From positions 5,959 through 69,958 of the forward strand of contig DATIFM010000024.1 of the NCBI GenBank assembly GCA_035455205.1: a stretch of 64,000 bases of DNA, written 5' to 3'. A program made the position numbers and the translations under genes. Under the pieces are notes generated by a model. That model worked only from the letters and a program-made list of their open reading frames with translations. It was not told where the DNA came from and searched no databases. The DNA is from Candidatus Bilamarchaeum sp. (GTDB lineage Archaea; Micrarchaeota; Micrarchaeia; Anstonellales; Bilamarchaeaceae). Shown here piece after piece: positions 25,944 to 35,988 of this stretch. The stretch's first letter is position 1; the number at the start of each line of letters is the position of its first letter.

Positions 25944-26441
25944 TCAAAGCTCCATGCCGGTAGGCGTGTCGGGAAGCCTGAATGCGGGCCCCTCCTCGCG
26001 CGCGCCGAGGGCAGGCACGGGGATGACCATCTGGAAAGTGCACGAATCCCTCCTTGGAATCATCCCGAACTCGTTCACGACCAGCCTCCCGATTATCTCA
26101 GGAAGCTCGCTCTCGCCGCTGCACATGGCGCAGGAAACGCGTGCGGATTTGAGGCCGAGCCTTCCATCCTCGCTCACGGCTATCGAATAGCTTATCTGCA
26201 GGTCGTCGATTATCCCGGCCTTCAGCTCGTGGCGGAGCTCGAATGCGCTCTTGCGCACCGCCCTCATCGCTATCAGCTCTACGAATCTCGCGGACTCGCT
26301 CTCGGCCTCCGAAAGCCGGCATGTCCCGCTCTCCCTCACGATTTCCTCGGTGGCCGGGCAGTGCCTTCCGGCGACGAAACTAGCGGCCATGGCCGCGCAA
26401 ATGGCCCCGGTCCTGATAAAGCTGGCGCTCCTTGGATTCAT
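25944..26441 (-). CDS. hypothetical protein
   Basis: 165-aa ORF with balanced composition. No motif recognised. Confidence 0.45.
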   Translation of the reverse strand: MNPRSASFIRTGAICAAMAASFVAGRHCPATEEIVRESGTCRLSEAESESARFVELIAMRAVRKSAFELRHELKAGIIDDLQISYSIAVSEDGRLGLKSARVSCAMCSGESELPEIIGRLVVNEFGMIPRRDSCTFQMVIPVPALGAREEGPAFRLPDTPTGMEL

Positions 26442-26451
26442 GTTTCAATAA

Positions 26452-27381
26452 TTAGATATTAGTGTTTTTAACGTTTCCCGATGCCCGTTTCCTGTATTCG
26501 GCGGCCATCTCCCTTATGCCGTCGGCGAGCGGCCTCGGGGCGAAGCCGAGCTCGCTTTTGGCCTTCGTGCAGTCGAAGATGCGGTCGTTCCCGAGGACCG
26601 CGACGTGCTCGCGCGTCATCCTGGGCTTCTTTCCGACGGCCCGGGAGGCGCCCTCCCAGATTCCGGCCGCGAGGCCGGCGAATGCAAGAGGTATGCTTTT
26701 CTTCGGGGGCTCGACGCCGAGCTCCTTGCACGCGACGGAATAGATTTCCATCTGGCTAAGGGGCTCGCCTGCGACTACGTATGTCCCCTGCCCCTTCTCC
26801 AGCGCAGATGCGATGACGGCGGCGACGTCGTCCGCGTGGACGAACGGTATCCTGTTCTTCCCGTCGCCGACTACCCTCATCTTCCCGGCCTTGAGCCTGT
26901 CGAAAATCATGAAATAGTCCTCGAACTGGGGCCCGTAGAGAGTCCCTATCCTGAGGATGACGTGCTGCTTCTGCTTCCGCACGACGCCCTCGGCCTCGAG
27001 CTTCGTCCTCGCGTAGTCCGTGTCGGGCGCGGTTTTCGTGTTCTCATCGGCCGGCTTTTTCGCGAGCTTCTTCCCGTAGACGGATATCGAGCTCGAGAAG
27101 ACGACCTTGCACCCCTCTGGGACGGCGTTCACTATCCTCCACGTGAGGCCGACGTTCGACTCGTGGATGGTCTTGCTGTCCCGGGCGTCTATCGAGCCGG
27201 CGAGGTGGATGACCGCCCTCGCGTCGCCAAGGATGCTCCTCAGCTGGTCCACCGAGAAATCGGTGACTATCTCGCCCTTGAGGCCGGAGGCTCTCCGGAC
27301 GAGCGGGACCGCATTCACCTTCGAAAGGACCGCGGAGGCGAGCCTTCCGCCCGCTCCCGTTACGTAGACCTTACCTGCCAT
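26452..27381 (-). CDS. NAD(P)-dependent epimerase/dehydratase (extended SDR)
   Basis: Rossmann motif 'VYVTGAGGRLASAV', 'VFSSSISVYG' and 'YARTKLEAE' (YxxxK). Confidence 0.85.
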   Translation of the reverse strand: MAGKVYVTGAGGRLASAVLSKVNAVPLVRRASGLKGEIVTDFSVDQLRSILGDARAVIHLAGSIDARDSKTIHESNVGLTWRIVNAVPEGCKVVFSSSISVYGKKLAKKPADENTKTAPDTDYARTKLEAEGVVRKQKQHVILRIGTLYGPQFEDYFMIFDRLKAGKMRVVGDGKNRIPFVHADDVAAVIASALEKGQGTYVVAGEPLSQMEIYSVACKELGVEPPKKSIPLAFAGLAAGIWEGASRAVGKKPRMTREHVAVLGNDRIFDCTKAKSELGFAPRPLADGIREMAAEYRKRASGNVKNTNI

Positions 27382-28984
27382 ATTTCTCAGAAATCTCCTC
27401 GAGCTTCCGGTCGATGCGCTTCTCGGCTTCGAGCCTCTCGAGTGCGTATTCCTTCATGTCCATGAACTTCATGCCCGATGCGAGGGCGGGGTGGACGCGC
27501 TCTATTTCGCGGAACATCTGCTGGGCGACCTCGCGGTAGTCCGCATGCCCCTGCATGCCGCTCCGGAGCTCGAGCATGTGGTAGGCCTCCCTCAGGTTCA
27601 TCGTCATGTACCAGCGGATGTTGTACGCGAGCGGGATTACATACTGCGCCTCGCGGGGGTATTTTTCCGCTATCGCTTCGTAGGCATTTTTCGCGCCTTC
27701 CATGACGTCGGTGAACTCCTTCCCGTAGCCTGCCTCGACTATCTCGCGCGGCATCTTGAACCCTAGGTGCGGGGAAAGGTACTGCCGCTCCTGCGTCAGC
27801 ACCCTGTGGCGGTGCAGGTCCCTGTACGCGCCGTAATTGGCGCAGATGTCGAACGTGTAGGAAATGTGCTCGAACGCGCGGCCGGGCTTGTGCCTCCTGT
27901 TTTCCCGCTGGTTCACGTACGCGCGGATAACCGCATCCCTCTCCTGCTTCCCCATCCGCCCGACCTTTTCGAGCACCTCGGAAAGGGGGCAGTTCATCTG
28001 CGGGTAGAGCGCGAAGGCCGCGGCCTTCCGCTCGGCGTCCTCTTCGTACTCGACGAGCTCAACGAGCGGGCCTTTCGCGACCGAGTCGTGCCTGCGGGCC
28101 TCGGCGCCGACGTCCTTCCGGACGCGCCTGAAATACTCCTGCATCGAGGTGCCGTACTTGTCGTTCGCCCTCTTAACGAAGGACGGTATGACTTTGGCCA
28201 GCTCGCCCTGCATCAATGCCGCGATTCCGCGCATCTCTGCAAGGTCGTCCGAGTAAAGTTTTGTAAGCAGGTATTCGTAGGCCCGGCCGTCCCCGAAGAA
28301 CCCCATGTTCGTGATTGTGGATGCCGGAAGGAGGCCGCGCAGTATGTCGCACGTCTTTGCCCTTATCGTGGACTTGTACGCGCGGTCGCTCGTGTCCGCG
28401 TCCTTGGGCGTGCGCTCCGTTACGTAAGCTGAAATCTTCGGAATCAACTCGGCATAGGTCTGGAAGCAGCGGTCGCACGTCTTTACGTAAAGCTCCGCGA
28501 ACTCGGAATCCATGAGGGTCTTCTCGCGGTGGTAGCGCCATGTGCCGTCCTCGCGCTTGTTGTCGAAATACACGTACCTCGTGGATTTTTCGAGGGGCGA
28601 GAGCCCGAGGCGCGAGTCCTGGAGGGTCTTTGTTGCGAGTATCGATATGTCCTCCACCGCCACGTGGCATCCGGCAAGTTCAGCGACCGAGTCGTCGCCA
28701 TAGCCGACAAGGACCCTTTCGTAGAACTCCTCGGCTTTCCTCGTCTGCACCGGCCCGGCCTGGTTTTTGGGAAGGGCGCCGAGGATTTCGGCCATCCCGG
28801 TCTCTGGGGCAAGCATGAACTCATCAAGGAGCACCCGCCTCAGGCTTTTCGCGCTCCTTGAATATCTCGAGAAAAGCGCGCCCTTCACTACTTCTGGAAG
28901 GTTGGTCAGTGCAAAAATCGGCTTGTCGAGGTTGCTCACAAAAGGCTCAAGGAGCTGCCTCTCCCTCTCGCTGAATTCCTCCAT
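27371..28984 (-). CDS. long ThyX-like (Thy1 family) FAD-dependent thymidylate synthase homologue
   Basis: 537 aa. The C-terminal half has the ThyX signature region 'YRDLHRHRVLTQERQ'. The N-terminal half carries 'ALFSRYSRSAKSLR', a second degenerate ThyX-like unit. Confidence 0.7.
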   Translation of the reverse strand: MEEFSERERQLLEPFVSNLDKPIFALTNLPEVVKGALFSRYSRSAKSLRRVLLDEFMLAPETGMAEILGALPKNQAGPVQTRKAEEFYERVLVGYGDDSVAELAGCHVAVEDISILATKTLQDSRLGLSPLEKSTRYVYFDNKREDGTWRYHREKTLMDSEFAELYVKTCDRCFQTYAELIPKISAYVTERTPKDADTSDRAYKSTIRAKTCDILRGLLPASTITNMGFFGDGRAYEYLLTKLYSDDLAEMRGIAALMQGELAKVIPSFVKRANDKYGTSMQEYFRRVRKDVGAEARRHDSVAKGPLVELVEYEEDAERKAAAFALYPQMNCPLSEVLEKVGRMGKQERDAVIRAYVNQRENRRHKPGRAFEHISYTFDICANYGAYRDLHRHRVLTQERQYLSPHLGFKMPREIVEAGYGKEFTDVMEGAKNAYEAIAEKYPREAQYVIPLAYNIRWYMTMNLREAYHMLELRSGMQGHADYREVAQQMFREIERVHPALASGMKFMDMKEYALERLEAEKRIDRKLEEISEKYGR

Positions 28985-29035
28985 GCACCCCTTCTACCTG
29001 CCAACCTTTAAAATTGATTTCAACCTTTTCAGCGT

Positions 29036-29554
29036 ATGCGGAAAGTCATACTTTTCATAGCATCCAGCCTCGACATGTTCATAGCGAGGAAAGACGGCTC
29101 GGTGGACTGGCTTTTCACCGATGGCGACTACGGCTACCGGAAATTCTACGAATCCGTGGACACGGTCCTCATGGGCAGGAAGACATACGAGCTTGCGCTT
29201 AAGCTCGGCGACAGCTTCGGGGGAAAGAACTGCGTCGTCTTCTCGCGCTCGGCCGGGAGAAAGGCAAAGGGCAACGTGAAGTTCGCGAGTGACCCCGCAT
29301 CTTTCACCGAAAAGCTCCGCGCCGCTCCAGGAAAGGACATTTACCTCGTGGGCGGCGGGCAGATAGTCTCGGCCCTGCTGAATGCCGGGCTCGTGGACGA
29401 GATAGTCCTTTCAATCCACCCGATAATACTCGGCACCGGAATCCCGCTTTTCGATTCCATCGGAAAGTCCGTCAAGCTCAGCCTCGAAGGCTCTGAAAAA
29501 TTCCCGAGCGGACTCGTCCAGCTGAAATACTCTGTCGCAAAAGCCGCTTTTTAA
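29036..29554 (+). CDS. RibD_C-type dihydrofolate-reductase-like protein
   Basis: 172 aa. 'KVILFIASSLDMFIARKDGSVDWL', 'VDTVLMGRKTYE' and 'IYLVGGGQIVSALLNAGLVDEIVLSIHPIILGTGIPLF'. Confidence 0.85.
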   Translation: MRKVILFIASSLDMFIARKDGSVDWLFTDGDYGYRKFYESVDTVLMGRKTYELALKLGDSFGGKNCVVFSRSAGRKAKGNVKFASDPASFTEKLRAAPGKDIYLVGGGQIVSALLNAGLVDEIVLSIHPIILGTGIPLFDSIGKSVKLSLEGSEKFPSGLVQLKYSVAKAAF

Positions 29555-29577
29555 ATTGTTTTATTTTAAGTAAATTC

Positions 29578-30099
29578 ATGAGGGAAGGGGGGACAAGGTT
29601 TTTGCATGCACGGAGGGCCGCGCCGCTCGTGCTCTCGGCACTGATTTCCGCGTGCGCGCGCCCCAGTTATCCGGCTCCGGCCCGACCGATGGAGGAGCCC
29701 CGCATCTTTTCCGAGTGGTCCGGCGGGACCTGCGAATTTTCTTCACAGTCCCTGACCTATTCGGATTCGACGAGCGGAGCGCACTCGAGCCGGACGCTCG
29801 ATGTCCCCGACTGCTCGCCCTCGCGCATCCTGTGCGGGGAAGAGTACACCGTCCTCTTCAGCGGCACGCGGGCGGTCGTGGCCCTCGGCGCCCGGTCAGT
29901 CCTCAACGGGACGGAGATGCTCGGGTTCATCGGCGGCCGTTTCACGCCAGCAAACTCCTATTCGATAAACATCAGGGACCCGGCATCCGAGCGCATCCTG
30001 TCTGCCCGCGTCGAGCGCCGCGAGCTCTGCATTGAAACCGGCAAAGGGAACAGCTGGTGCATAGACCTCTCGGACCCGCGGGAATGGAATATTTATTAG
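29578..30099 (+). CDS. putative lipoprotein (hypothetical)
   Basis: Signal plus lipobox 'LVLSALISAC', followed by a ~140-aa Cys-containing domain. Confidence 0.45.
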   Translation: MREGGTRFLHARRAAPLVLSALISACARPSYPAPARPMEEPRIFSEWSGGTCEFSSQSLTYSDSTSGAHSSRTLDVPDCSPSRILCGEEYTVLFSGTRAVVALGARSVLNGTEMLGFIGGRFTPANSYSINIRDPASERILSARVERRELCIETGKGNSWCIDLSDPREWNIY

Positions 30100-30725
30100 A
30101 TTGGATTGAGAATCCGTTTCGTGATATTATGGCAGGACCAAGGAGACGACCGGCAGAAACGCAGACTCCCCAGCTGAGCGAGGATGAAGTACGGAACAGG
30201 GCGCAGAGGAGCTTCGACTCCTCCCTGAACGCAGTGATACAGGCCCGCTTCAGCGCAAGGCCCCCCGCGGCCGAGATAGCGGCCGTGCGCCGCATGATAG
30301 ACGAGTCGGGCGCGAGCGACATCACCCCCGCGGTCAGGCGCTACTCCGAAGAGAATCCCAACTCCGTGATTGCAAGATACTTCAGCTACACTAGCTCGAC
30401 GGGCTGGCTTCTAACGCCGACTGGCACCGTCGGCTTCAACCCGGCCCAGCTTGCCGCGGACGTCCGGGCCATCGCGGGCGCCGCGAGGCAGCAGGTGGCG
30501 AGCTCCTTCGTTTCCCTCTTCCAGCAGTCGAGGAGGCAGAACCCGGACTTCACGTTCGCGGACGTCCCGCTCACAAACCTCGATTACGTGGGCACGGACA
30601 TCGCGCGGTCAATGGTCAATAGCACGAATGGAGGCCCGAACGCAGTCCCGGTTTTCATAGCGAGCGAGAGGGACGCCGGCACTTTCAGGATTGCGCTGAA
30701 GGAATCCACGCAGGGCCCCGGATGA
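30084..30725 (+). CDS. hypothetical protein
   Basis: ATG at 30084 ('MEYLLDWIENPF') overlaps the previous stop by 16 nt. 213 aa with no recognised motif. Confidence 0.45.
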   Translation: MEYLLDWIENPFRDIMAGPRRRPAETQTPQLSEDEVRNRAQRSFDSSLNAVIQARFSARPPAAEIAAVRRMIDESGASDITPAVRRYSEENPNSVIARYFSYTSSTGWLLTPTGTVGFNPAQLAADVRAIAGAARQQVASSFVSLFQQSRRQNPDFTFADVPLTNLDYVGTDIARSMVNSTNGGPNAVPVFIASERDAGTFRIALKESTQGPG

Positions 30726-30726
30726 A

Positions 30727-31947
30727 TCAGGAGGGGAGAAGCCCCCTCAATATCCCGATTAGCTGAGGCCGCCCGGCGAGCGTCTTGGCGACCGATGGCG
30801 CGAAATTCCCGGCCATGATGTCTGCAAGGTCCTTCTGCCCTATGCAGTCGAAAATGTGGTTCAGGTCGTCGTCGCTCACTTTTTCCAGCACCTTGCGCAA
30901 AAGCAGCCTCTTCCCCATCGTGGGGCCAGGGGCAGCCCTCCATTTCTTTTCGTATTCGTAGAGCGTCTCCTTCCTGAAGTCCTTCTTCGCGTGCGCCTTG
31001 AGCGCGACATCCGCCGCCATCACGCCCGATTCCATCCCGAGGCCGATTCCGCCCCCGTGTATCGGGTCGACCTGCTTGGCGGCGGTTCCCACGACCATGC
31101 AGTTGTCCTTCACGAATTCGTTGATGGGCGCGCCCACCGATATGACGCCGCCGAAATCCAGCAGCGTGCTCGCGTCCTTCAATTGACCGTTGCTTTTGAT
31201 GAACTCGTCAAGGAGCGGCTTGGGCGCGGCCCCCGGCATCCCCCCGAGCTTCTGCCCGCTCGAGACGAGTCCGCCTATCCCTATCCCGACGTTCGCCTTC
31301 CTGTCCGCCTTGGGGAAAATCCATACGTAGCCCCTCGGGGCGATTTTGTTGCCGAAATAAAGCTCGATGAGGTTCTCGTGCTCGTAAGGCTTCATCTCGT
31401 ACTCGTAGCATGTGTCGACGTCGTAAAGGGCGTGGACGGTCTTGAACCCCATCTGCCTCGCCATCAGCGACTCCATGCCCTCGGCCGAGACGATGAGAGG
31501 CGCGCGCACCTCGAAAGGGTCCCTCCCGCCGTGGCTCACCACGAGGCCCTCGGGCCTCCCTTTCTCGTCCTTGAGCACGGAAAGCGCCCGTGTGTAGGTC
31601 CGGACGTGCGCGCCTTTCTCGACCGCAAGCTCGCAGAGCCACTTGTCGAAGAACTTCCTTTCAAGGATATAGCCGCGCGTTCCCTCGTCCTTCCAGACGA
31701 TGGACTTTCCGCCCGGGGCGATTATCTTGGCCCCCTCGACCTCTATCGAATATGCCCATTTCGGGACTTCGAGGGATTCCCTCGCCGGTTCGCTCAGCCC
31801 AAGGGCCTCGCCGCACCTCACCGGCACGCCGATTTCCTTGCGCTTGTCTATCACGAGCACGTCGAGCCCGCCGGCTGCCGCCACCCTCGCGAATGTGGCC
31901 CCGGTCGGTCCGCCCCCGATTACTATAACGTCGTGGTCGTATTCCAT
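30727..31947 (-). CDS. geranylgeranyl reductase (digeranylgeranylglycerophospholipid reductase family)
   Basis: 406 aa. FAD motif 'DVIVIGGGPTGATFA', 'RCGE' and 'PRGYVWIFPK' are typical of archaeal GGR. Confidence 0.9.
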   Translation of the reverse strand: MEYDHDVIVIGGGPTGATFARVAAAGGLDVLVIDKRKEIGVPVRCGEALGLSEPARESLEVPKWAYSIEVEGAKIIAPGGKSIVWKDEGTRGYILERKFFDKWLCELAVEKGAHVRTYTRALSVLKDEKGRPEGLVVSHGGRDPFEVRAPLIVSAEGMESLMARQMGFKTVHALYDVDTCYEYEMKPYEHENLIELYFGNKIAPRGYVWIFPKADRKANVGIGIGGLVSSGQKLGGMPGAAPKPLLDEFIKSNGQLKDASTLLDFGGVISVGAPINEFVKDNCMVVGTAAKQVDPIHGGGIGLGMESGVMAADVALKAHAKKDFRKETLYEYEKKWRAAPGPTMGKRLLLRKVLEKVSDDDLNHIFDCIGQKDLADIMAGNFAPSVAKTLAGRPQLIGILRGLLPS

Positions 31948-31956
31948 CCGCTCACG

Positions 31957-32175
31957 CTATCCGTATTCCGCCCCGGGAGGGAGGTCCTTGGGCCCCTTCA
32001 CTCCCTTGTACATCTGTATCACGTTGGCCGGGCACGCCTTCACGCAGAGGCCGCAGTCTATGCACTTATCCGCAAAATGCTCCATCCTCGTGCCTACGAC
32101 CTCGATTGCGTTCGTCGGGCAGACCGATGAGCACCCGACGCACAATATGCACCCGTCATGCTTTATCGTTATCAT
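31957..32175 (-). CDS. 2x[4Fe-4S] ferredoxin
   Basis: 72 aa. 'CILCVGCSSVCP' and 'CIDCGLCVKACP'. Located directly upstream of the GGR gene in the same operon. Confidence 0.9.
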   Translation of the reverse strand: MITIKHDGCILCVGCSSVCPTNAIEVVGTRMEHFADKCIDCGLCVKACPANVIQMYKGVKGPKDLPPGAEYG

Positions 32176-32178
32176 GTT

Positions 32179-32697
32179 TCACCTTCTTTTTAGCATCGAG
32201 GCAAGCTCGGCGCCGAACATCCCCGCGCTCTGCGGCCCGTCCGCTGTGACGACGAGGCCGTCGACCACGACCGGCTCGTTCCTGTAATTGCATTCCGTGT
32301 TCCGCAGGAGCGCGATGGCGCTCCTTGACGGCCAGACTGTCGCATTCTTCCCCGCAAGGATGCCGGCCTTGGCAAGAGTCATCGGGCCGAGGCAGATTGC
32401 AGATGTGAGCTTCTTCTTCGCGCCCATTGCTATCACGAAGTCTATGACTTCGCGCGTTTCAGAGAGGGCCGGCGAGCCCGGGCCGCCCACTACGACGACT
32501 GCGTCGAAGAAGTCTGCATTGGCCTCATAGACCGCCATGTCCGGCTGGACGACCGCTCCCTTGCTTCCCGAGGCCTTCATGCGCGTGATGCTCGCCACCT
32601 TCACGCTGTGCCCCTCCCGCTCGAGAATCTCCTTCGGGATGAGCAGCTCCTCGTCCCTGAAGCCCTGCTGTGCGATAATCATGAGGACTTTTGCCAT
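32179..32697 (-). CDS. DJ-1/PfpI family protein
   Basis: 172 aa. 'VVVVGGPG' and the nucleophile elbow 'LTSAICLGPMTLA'. Confidence 0.88.
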   Translation of the reverse strand: MAKVLMIIAQQGFRDEELLIPKEILEREGHSVKVASITRMKASGSKGAVVQPDMAVYEANADFFDAVVVVGGPGSPALSETREVIDFVIAMGAKKKLTSAICLGPMTLAKAGILAGKNATVWPSRSAIALLRNTECNYRNEPVVVDGLVVTADGPQSAGMFGAELASMLKRR

Positions 32698-32731
32698 GGG
32701 TGTCTGATGATTAGATTATTTTTTATTGGAT

Positions 32732-33706
32732 TCACTTGTCGGCCATGTCAAGGAACTTGGGGCCCCACCTTTCGTATCCCAGCACCGCGAGTCCGGTAAT
32801 CAGCTGGGGGACCATCCTGTCCCTGTTCGCGCGCAGGTAGGCTGAGACTGCCACTGCTTCGAGCGGCACTGTGTCGATGACGGGAACCTCCTCGTAGTGC
32901 CTCGAATTTTTCCTGTGCTGCTCTATCTGGGCCGGGCTGAGCATCGTCCTGAGCTCTCCGAGAATGCCCACCGCCCCCCTGAACATCAGGGGGTCCAGCA
33001 TTAGGCCCAGGTACCGGACCGAGTGCCTCAATGCGTATCCGAGGGTTCCCAGCTCGCTTACGCTGCTAATGGCCCATGCCTCCATTTCCGACCCGGACGA
33101 GAGCAGATTCGCCCCGACCATGGAGCTCGTGGCGAGCGTCAGCTGCGCGGCTCCTTCTGCCGGCGCGAGGAAAACCTCGCTTCCCATCTTCGGCTCGCTC
33201 GGCTTCCTGCCCCTCTGCCCTATGATGAGAACCTCGTGTCCGCCTTCCATGGCCGTCAGGTGGGTGTTGGTGTCCAGCTTGAAGGCCCCGCGCGCCGATA
33301 TATCCGCGAACGTGTCGTCCCTCATGGCCGCAATCTGGCTGAACTGCATCCTCTTTACCAGGATGGAAAGCGTGCTCCTGAAGCTGAGCGCCGAAACCAC
33401 GGCAAGCTTCTCGCCGTCTATCCAGCTCCCCCCCACCGCCGCATTCTCCCTGGCCGAGATTGCCGCCGCATAGTCCATGACCTCTTTGGGAAGCTCCAGC
33501 CTCGGGGGCGGGTATCCGTTGGCCGGACCTATTATGACCGTCGTCGGGCGGCCGGTCTTGCTCTCGTCGCTGATATGCACCGGGACGCAGCCCCCCTCTA
33601 TGACGCTTTTGAATTTCTGGAACGTTTTCTTCTCGAACATCTCCCTCAGCCGCTTCATCGGAAGGATATCCTTCGGGCTGAGGCTGACGAACCTGCTGTC
33701 TTGCAT
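32732..33706 (-). CDS. hypothetical protein
   Basis: 324-aa ORF with balanced composition. No motif recognised. Confidence 0.5.
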   Translation of the reverse strand: MQDSRFVSLSPKDILPMKRLREMFEKKTFQKFKSVIEGGCVPVHISDESKTGRPTTVIIGPANGYPPPRLELPKEVMDYAAAISARENAAVGGSWIDGEKLAVVSALSFRSTLSILVKRMQFSQIAAMRDDTFADISARGAFKLDTNTHLTAMEGGHEVLIIGQRGRKPSEPKMGSEVFLAPAEGAAQLTLATSSMVGANLLSSGSEMEAWAISSVSELGTLGYALRHSVRYLGLMLDPLMFRGAVGILGELRTMLSPAQIEQHRKNSRHYEEVPVIDTVPLEAVAVSAYLRANRDRMVPQLITGLAVLGYERWGPKFLDMADK

Positions 33707-33801
33707 GAACCGACTTTGCGATGAAGCTGTTTAAAATGTTTCTTTTTTAGGGATTTTGTGTAATCCTCCATTTTTTTAACCTCACCTGGCAATAAAATAA
33801 C

Positions 33802-34638
33802 ATGAAGCTCGCTTCGCCGACTTTTTCCGACCTGATGGAACCCAACATCGAGTTCAAGACCTTCCCGGACGGGGACAACTACGTCCGGATAAAGGACATA
33901 AAATCTTGCCAGGGCGAGGATGTGTTCCTTTTCCACAGGCTCTACCCGGACCAGAACAGCTCCATATTCAACGCGGTCCTGCTCCTTGATACCCTCAAGC
34001 GCGTGGGGGCGCGAGTCACGCTCGTCTGCCCCTATCTCCCGTACTCGCGGCAGGACAAGACGTTCCTCGAGGGCGAGGCGCTCTCGGCGCAAATCCTATG
34101 CCGCCTGCTGGCTGAAGCCGGCGCTGAGCGCCTCATCACGCTCGACTGCCATTTCCTCAAGAAGGAGGGCGATTTCGAGTACAGCGGCCTGAAGATACGC
34201 AACATCAGCGCGAACAAGGTCCTCGTGGAGCATGCCCGCAGGAAGGTCGCCCTCGAGCCCCTCGAGGTTATTTCGCCCGACCAGGGCGCAAGCTACCTCG
34301 TGAGCGAGTTCGGCGGCAAGGCAATGAGCAAGGTCCGTGGCCAGTACGAGAAGGGCAAGGAGGCATACCGCGCCATCGAGAAGGTGGAACGCGGCTTCGA
34401 TGTGAGCGGAAAGAACGTGCTCATAATAGACGACATGATTTCAACCGGCGGCACGATGATCAAGGCCGTCGAGAACGTGAAGAAGGGCGGGGCAAAGAAG
34501 GTCTTCTGCGCCGCCACCCACGGCTTCTTCCTGAAGGGCTCCTTCGACTCGCTGCGAAAGATGTGCGACGGCCTCTTCACCACGAATTCAGTGCCGAACC
34601 TCGCGGCGGAGGTCGACATCCGGAGCCTCATCCAGTAG
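33802..34638 (+). CDS. prs: ribose-phosphate pyrophosphokinase
   Basis: 278 aa. 'PYLPYSRQDK' and the PRPP-binding 'VLIIDDMISTGGTM'. Confidence 0.92.
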   Translation: MKLASPTFSDLMEPNIEFKTFPDGDNYVRIKDIKSCQGEDVFLFHRLYPDQNSSIFNAVLLLDTLKRVGARVTLVCPYLPYSRQDKTFLEGEALSAQILCRLLAEAGAERLITLDCHFLKKEGDFEYSGLKIRNISANKVLVEHARRKVALEPLEVISPDQGASYLVSEFGGKAMSKVRGQYEKGKEAYRAIEKVERGFDVSGKNVLIIDDMISTGGTMIKAVENVKKGGAKKVFCAATHGFFLKGSFDSLRKMCDGLFTTNSVPNLAAEVDIRSLIQ

Positions 34639-35980
34639 CTATCTTTTTGTATTCGTCCGCAAGCTTCCGCGCTTCCTCCGGCGTTTTGGCTTCTGCGAAA
34701 ACCCGAACGTAGTTTTCCGTTCCGGAGGCGCGGACTATGACCCAGCCGGAATTGAAGTCCATGCGCACCCCGTCCACGGTTACATGCGCGAGCTTCTCCT
34801 TTTTCGCGTGCGCCAGCACGCGTCCGACGATTTCCTTTTTCCCCTTCTCGTCCGCCTCGATTTTCGTCTTGACGTTGTAATACTCCGGAACTTCCTCCAG
34901 CCACTCGCTGAGGGGCCTTTGGCAGAGCGCCTCGGCCATCTTCGCGGCAGTCAGGAACCCGTCCTTGGCAAGCGAAAGCTCGGGCCAGATGACTCCGCCC
35001 ACTTCCTCGCCGCCCATCGCCGCGGGCTTTTTCAGCATCTCCTCGCAGAGGTATGGGGCGCCTATCGCAGTGAACCTGACCTTTGACCCGAATTTTTTCG
35101 CGACATCCTCGGCGCACCTGCTCGTCGCAACCGTGGTCACCATGTCCCCGCCGAGCTTCCCGCCCCTTCCGAGGGCCTTCCACATTATTGAAAGCGCGAA
35201 GACCTTGTCGCCTATCACGTAGTTCCCTTTCTCATCGACGAATATCACGCGGTCCCCGTCCCCGTCCCAGGCCACGCCTGCGTCCGCACCGCTGGATTTC
35301 ACGAGGGCGATAAGCTCCTTCACGTTCGCTTCCGCAGGCTCGCTCGGCCGCCCGGGGAAGCGGCCGTCCATGTGCGCGTTGAGGCTGAGGATTTGGCAGC
35401 CGAGGTTCTTGAAAAGGCCCGGCGCCACCATTGCGCCGGCCCCGTTCCCGCAGTCTATGACTATCTTCGGCTTTTTTTGCCTGATGGCCCCTCCATTGAC
35501 AAGGCCCGCGATGGCCCGGATGTGCTCGGCGGCCGCCATGTCATTCTTGGTTATTTTCCCCGCCCTGTCCCACCGCGCCAGCTCCGGTTTTTGTTTTTCT
35601 ATCTCCGCACCACGCTCTTTCGAGATTGCGGCCCCGTTTCCGTCCACTACCTTGAGCGCGTTCCACTCCGGGGGGTTGTGCGACGCGCTGACTATGACGC
35701 ACCCCGCGGCCTTCTCCTTCCTTATCATCCATTCCGCGGTCGGGGAGCTTGCGACATCCAGGTCGACAACCTGGCAGCCTACGCTCGCGAGGCCCGCGAT
35801 GACGCTGTTCTTGAGTATCTCCCCGGTGAGCCTGCAGTCGCGGGCTGCGATGACTTTTCCTCCCTTGAAGTAGGTCCCGGTTTTCTGCGCAAGGGCCAGC
35901 GCCTCGGCCGGGCCCAGCTCGCCGAAAAGGCCCCTCGCCCCGTTAGTGCCGAAATGAACCATGGGGAAAATCCTCGCCAA
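34628..35980 (-). CDS. phosphoglucosamine mutase / phosphomannomutase family (alpha-D-phosphohexomutase)
   Basis: 450 aa. Active-site 'VSASHNPPEWNALK', Mg-binding 'AWDGDGDRVIF' and 'GGEEVGGVIW'. Confidence 0.9.
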   Translation of the reverse strand: MARIFPMVHFGTNGARGLFGELGPAEALALAQKTGTYFKGGKVIAARDCRLTGEILKNSVIAGLASVGCQVVDLDVASSPTAEWMIRKEKAAGCVIVSASHNPPEWNALKVVDGNGAAISKERGAEIEKQKPELARWDRAGKITKNDMAAAEHIRAIAGLVNGGAIRQKKPKIVIDCGNGAGAMVAPGLFKNLGCQILSLNAHMDGRFPGRPSEPAEANVKELIALVKSSGADAGVAWDGDGDRVIFVDEKGNYVIGDKVFALSIMWKALGRGGKLGGDMVTTVATSRCAEDVAKKFGSKVRFTAIGAPYLCEEMLKKPAAMGGEEVGGVIWPELSLAKDGFLTAAKMAEALCQRPLSEWLEEVPEYYNVKTKIEADEKGKKEIVGRVLAHAKKEKLAHVTVDGVRMDFNSGWVIVRASGTENYVRVFAEAKTPEEARKLADEYKKIATG

Positions 35981-35988
35981 TTGTTTAA

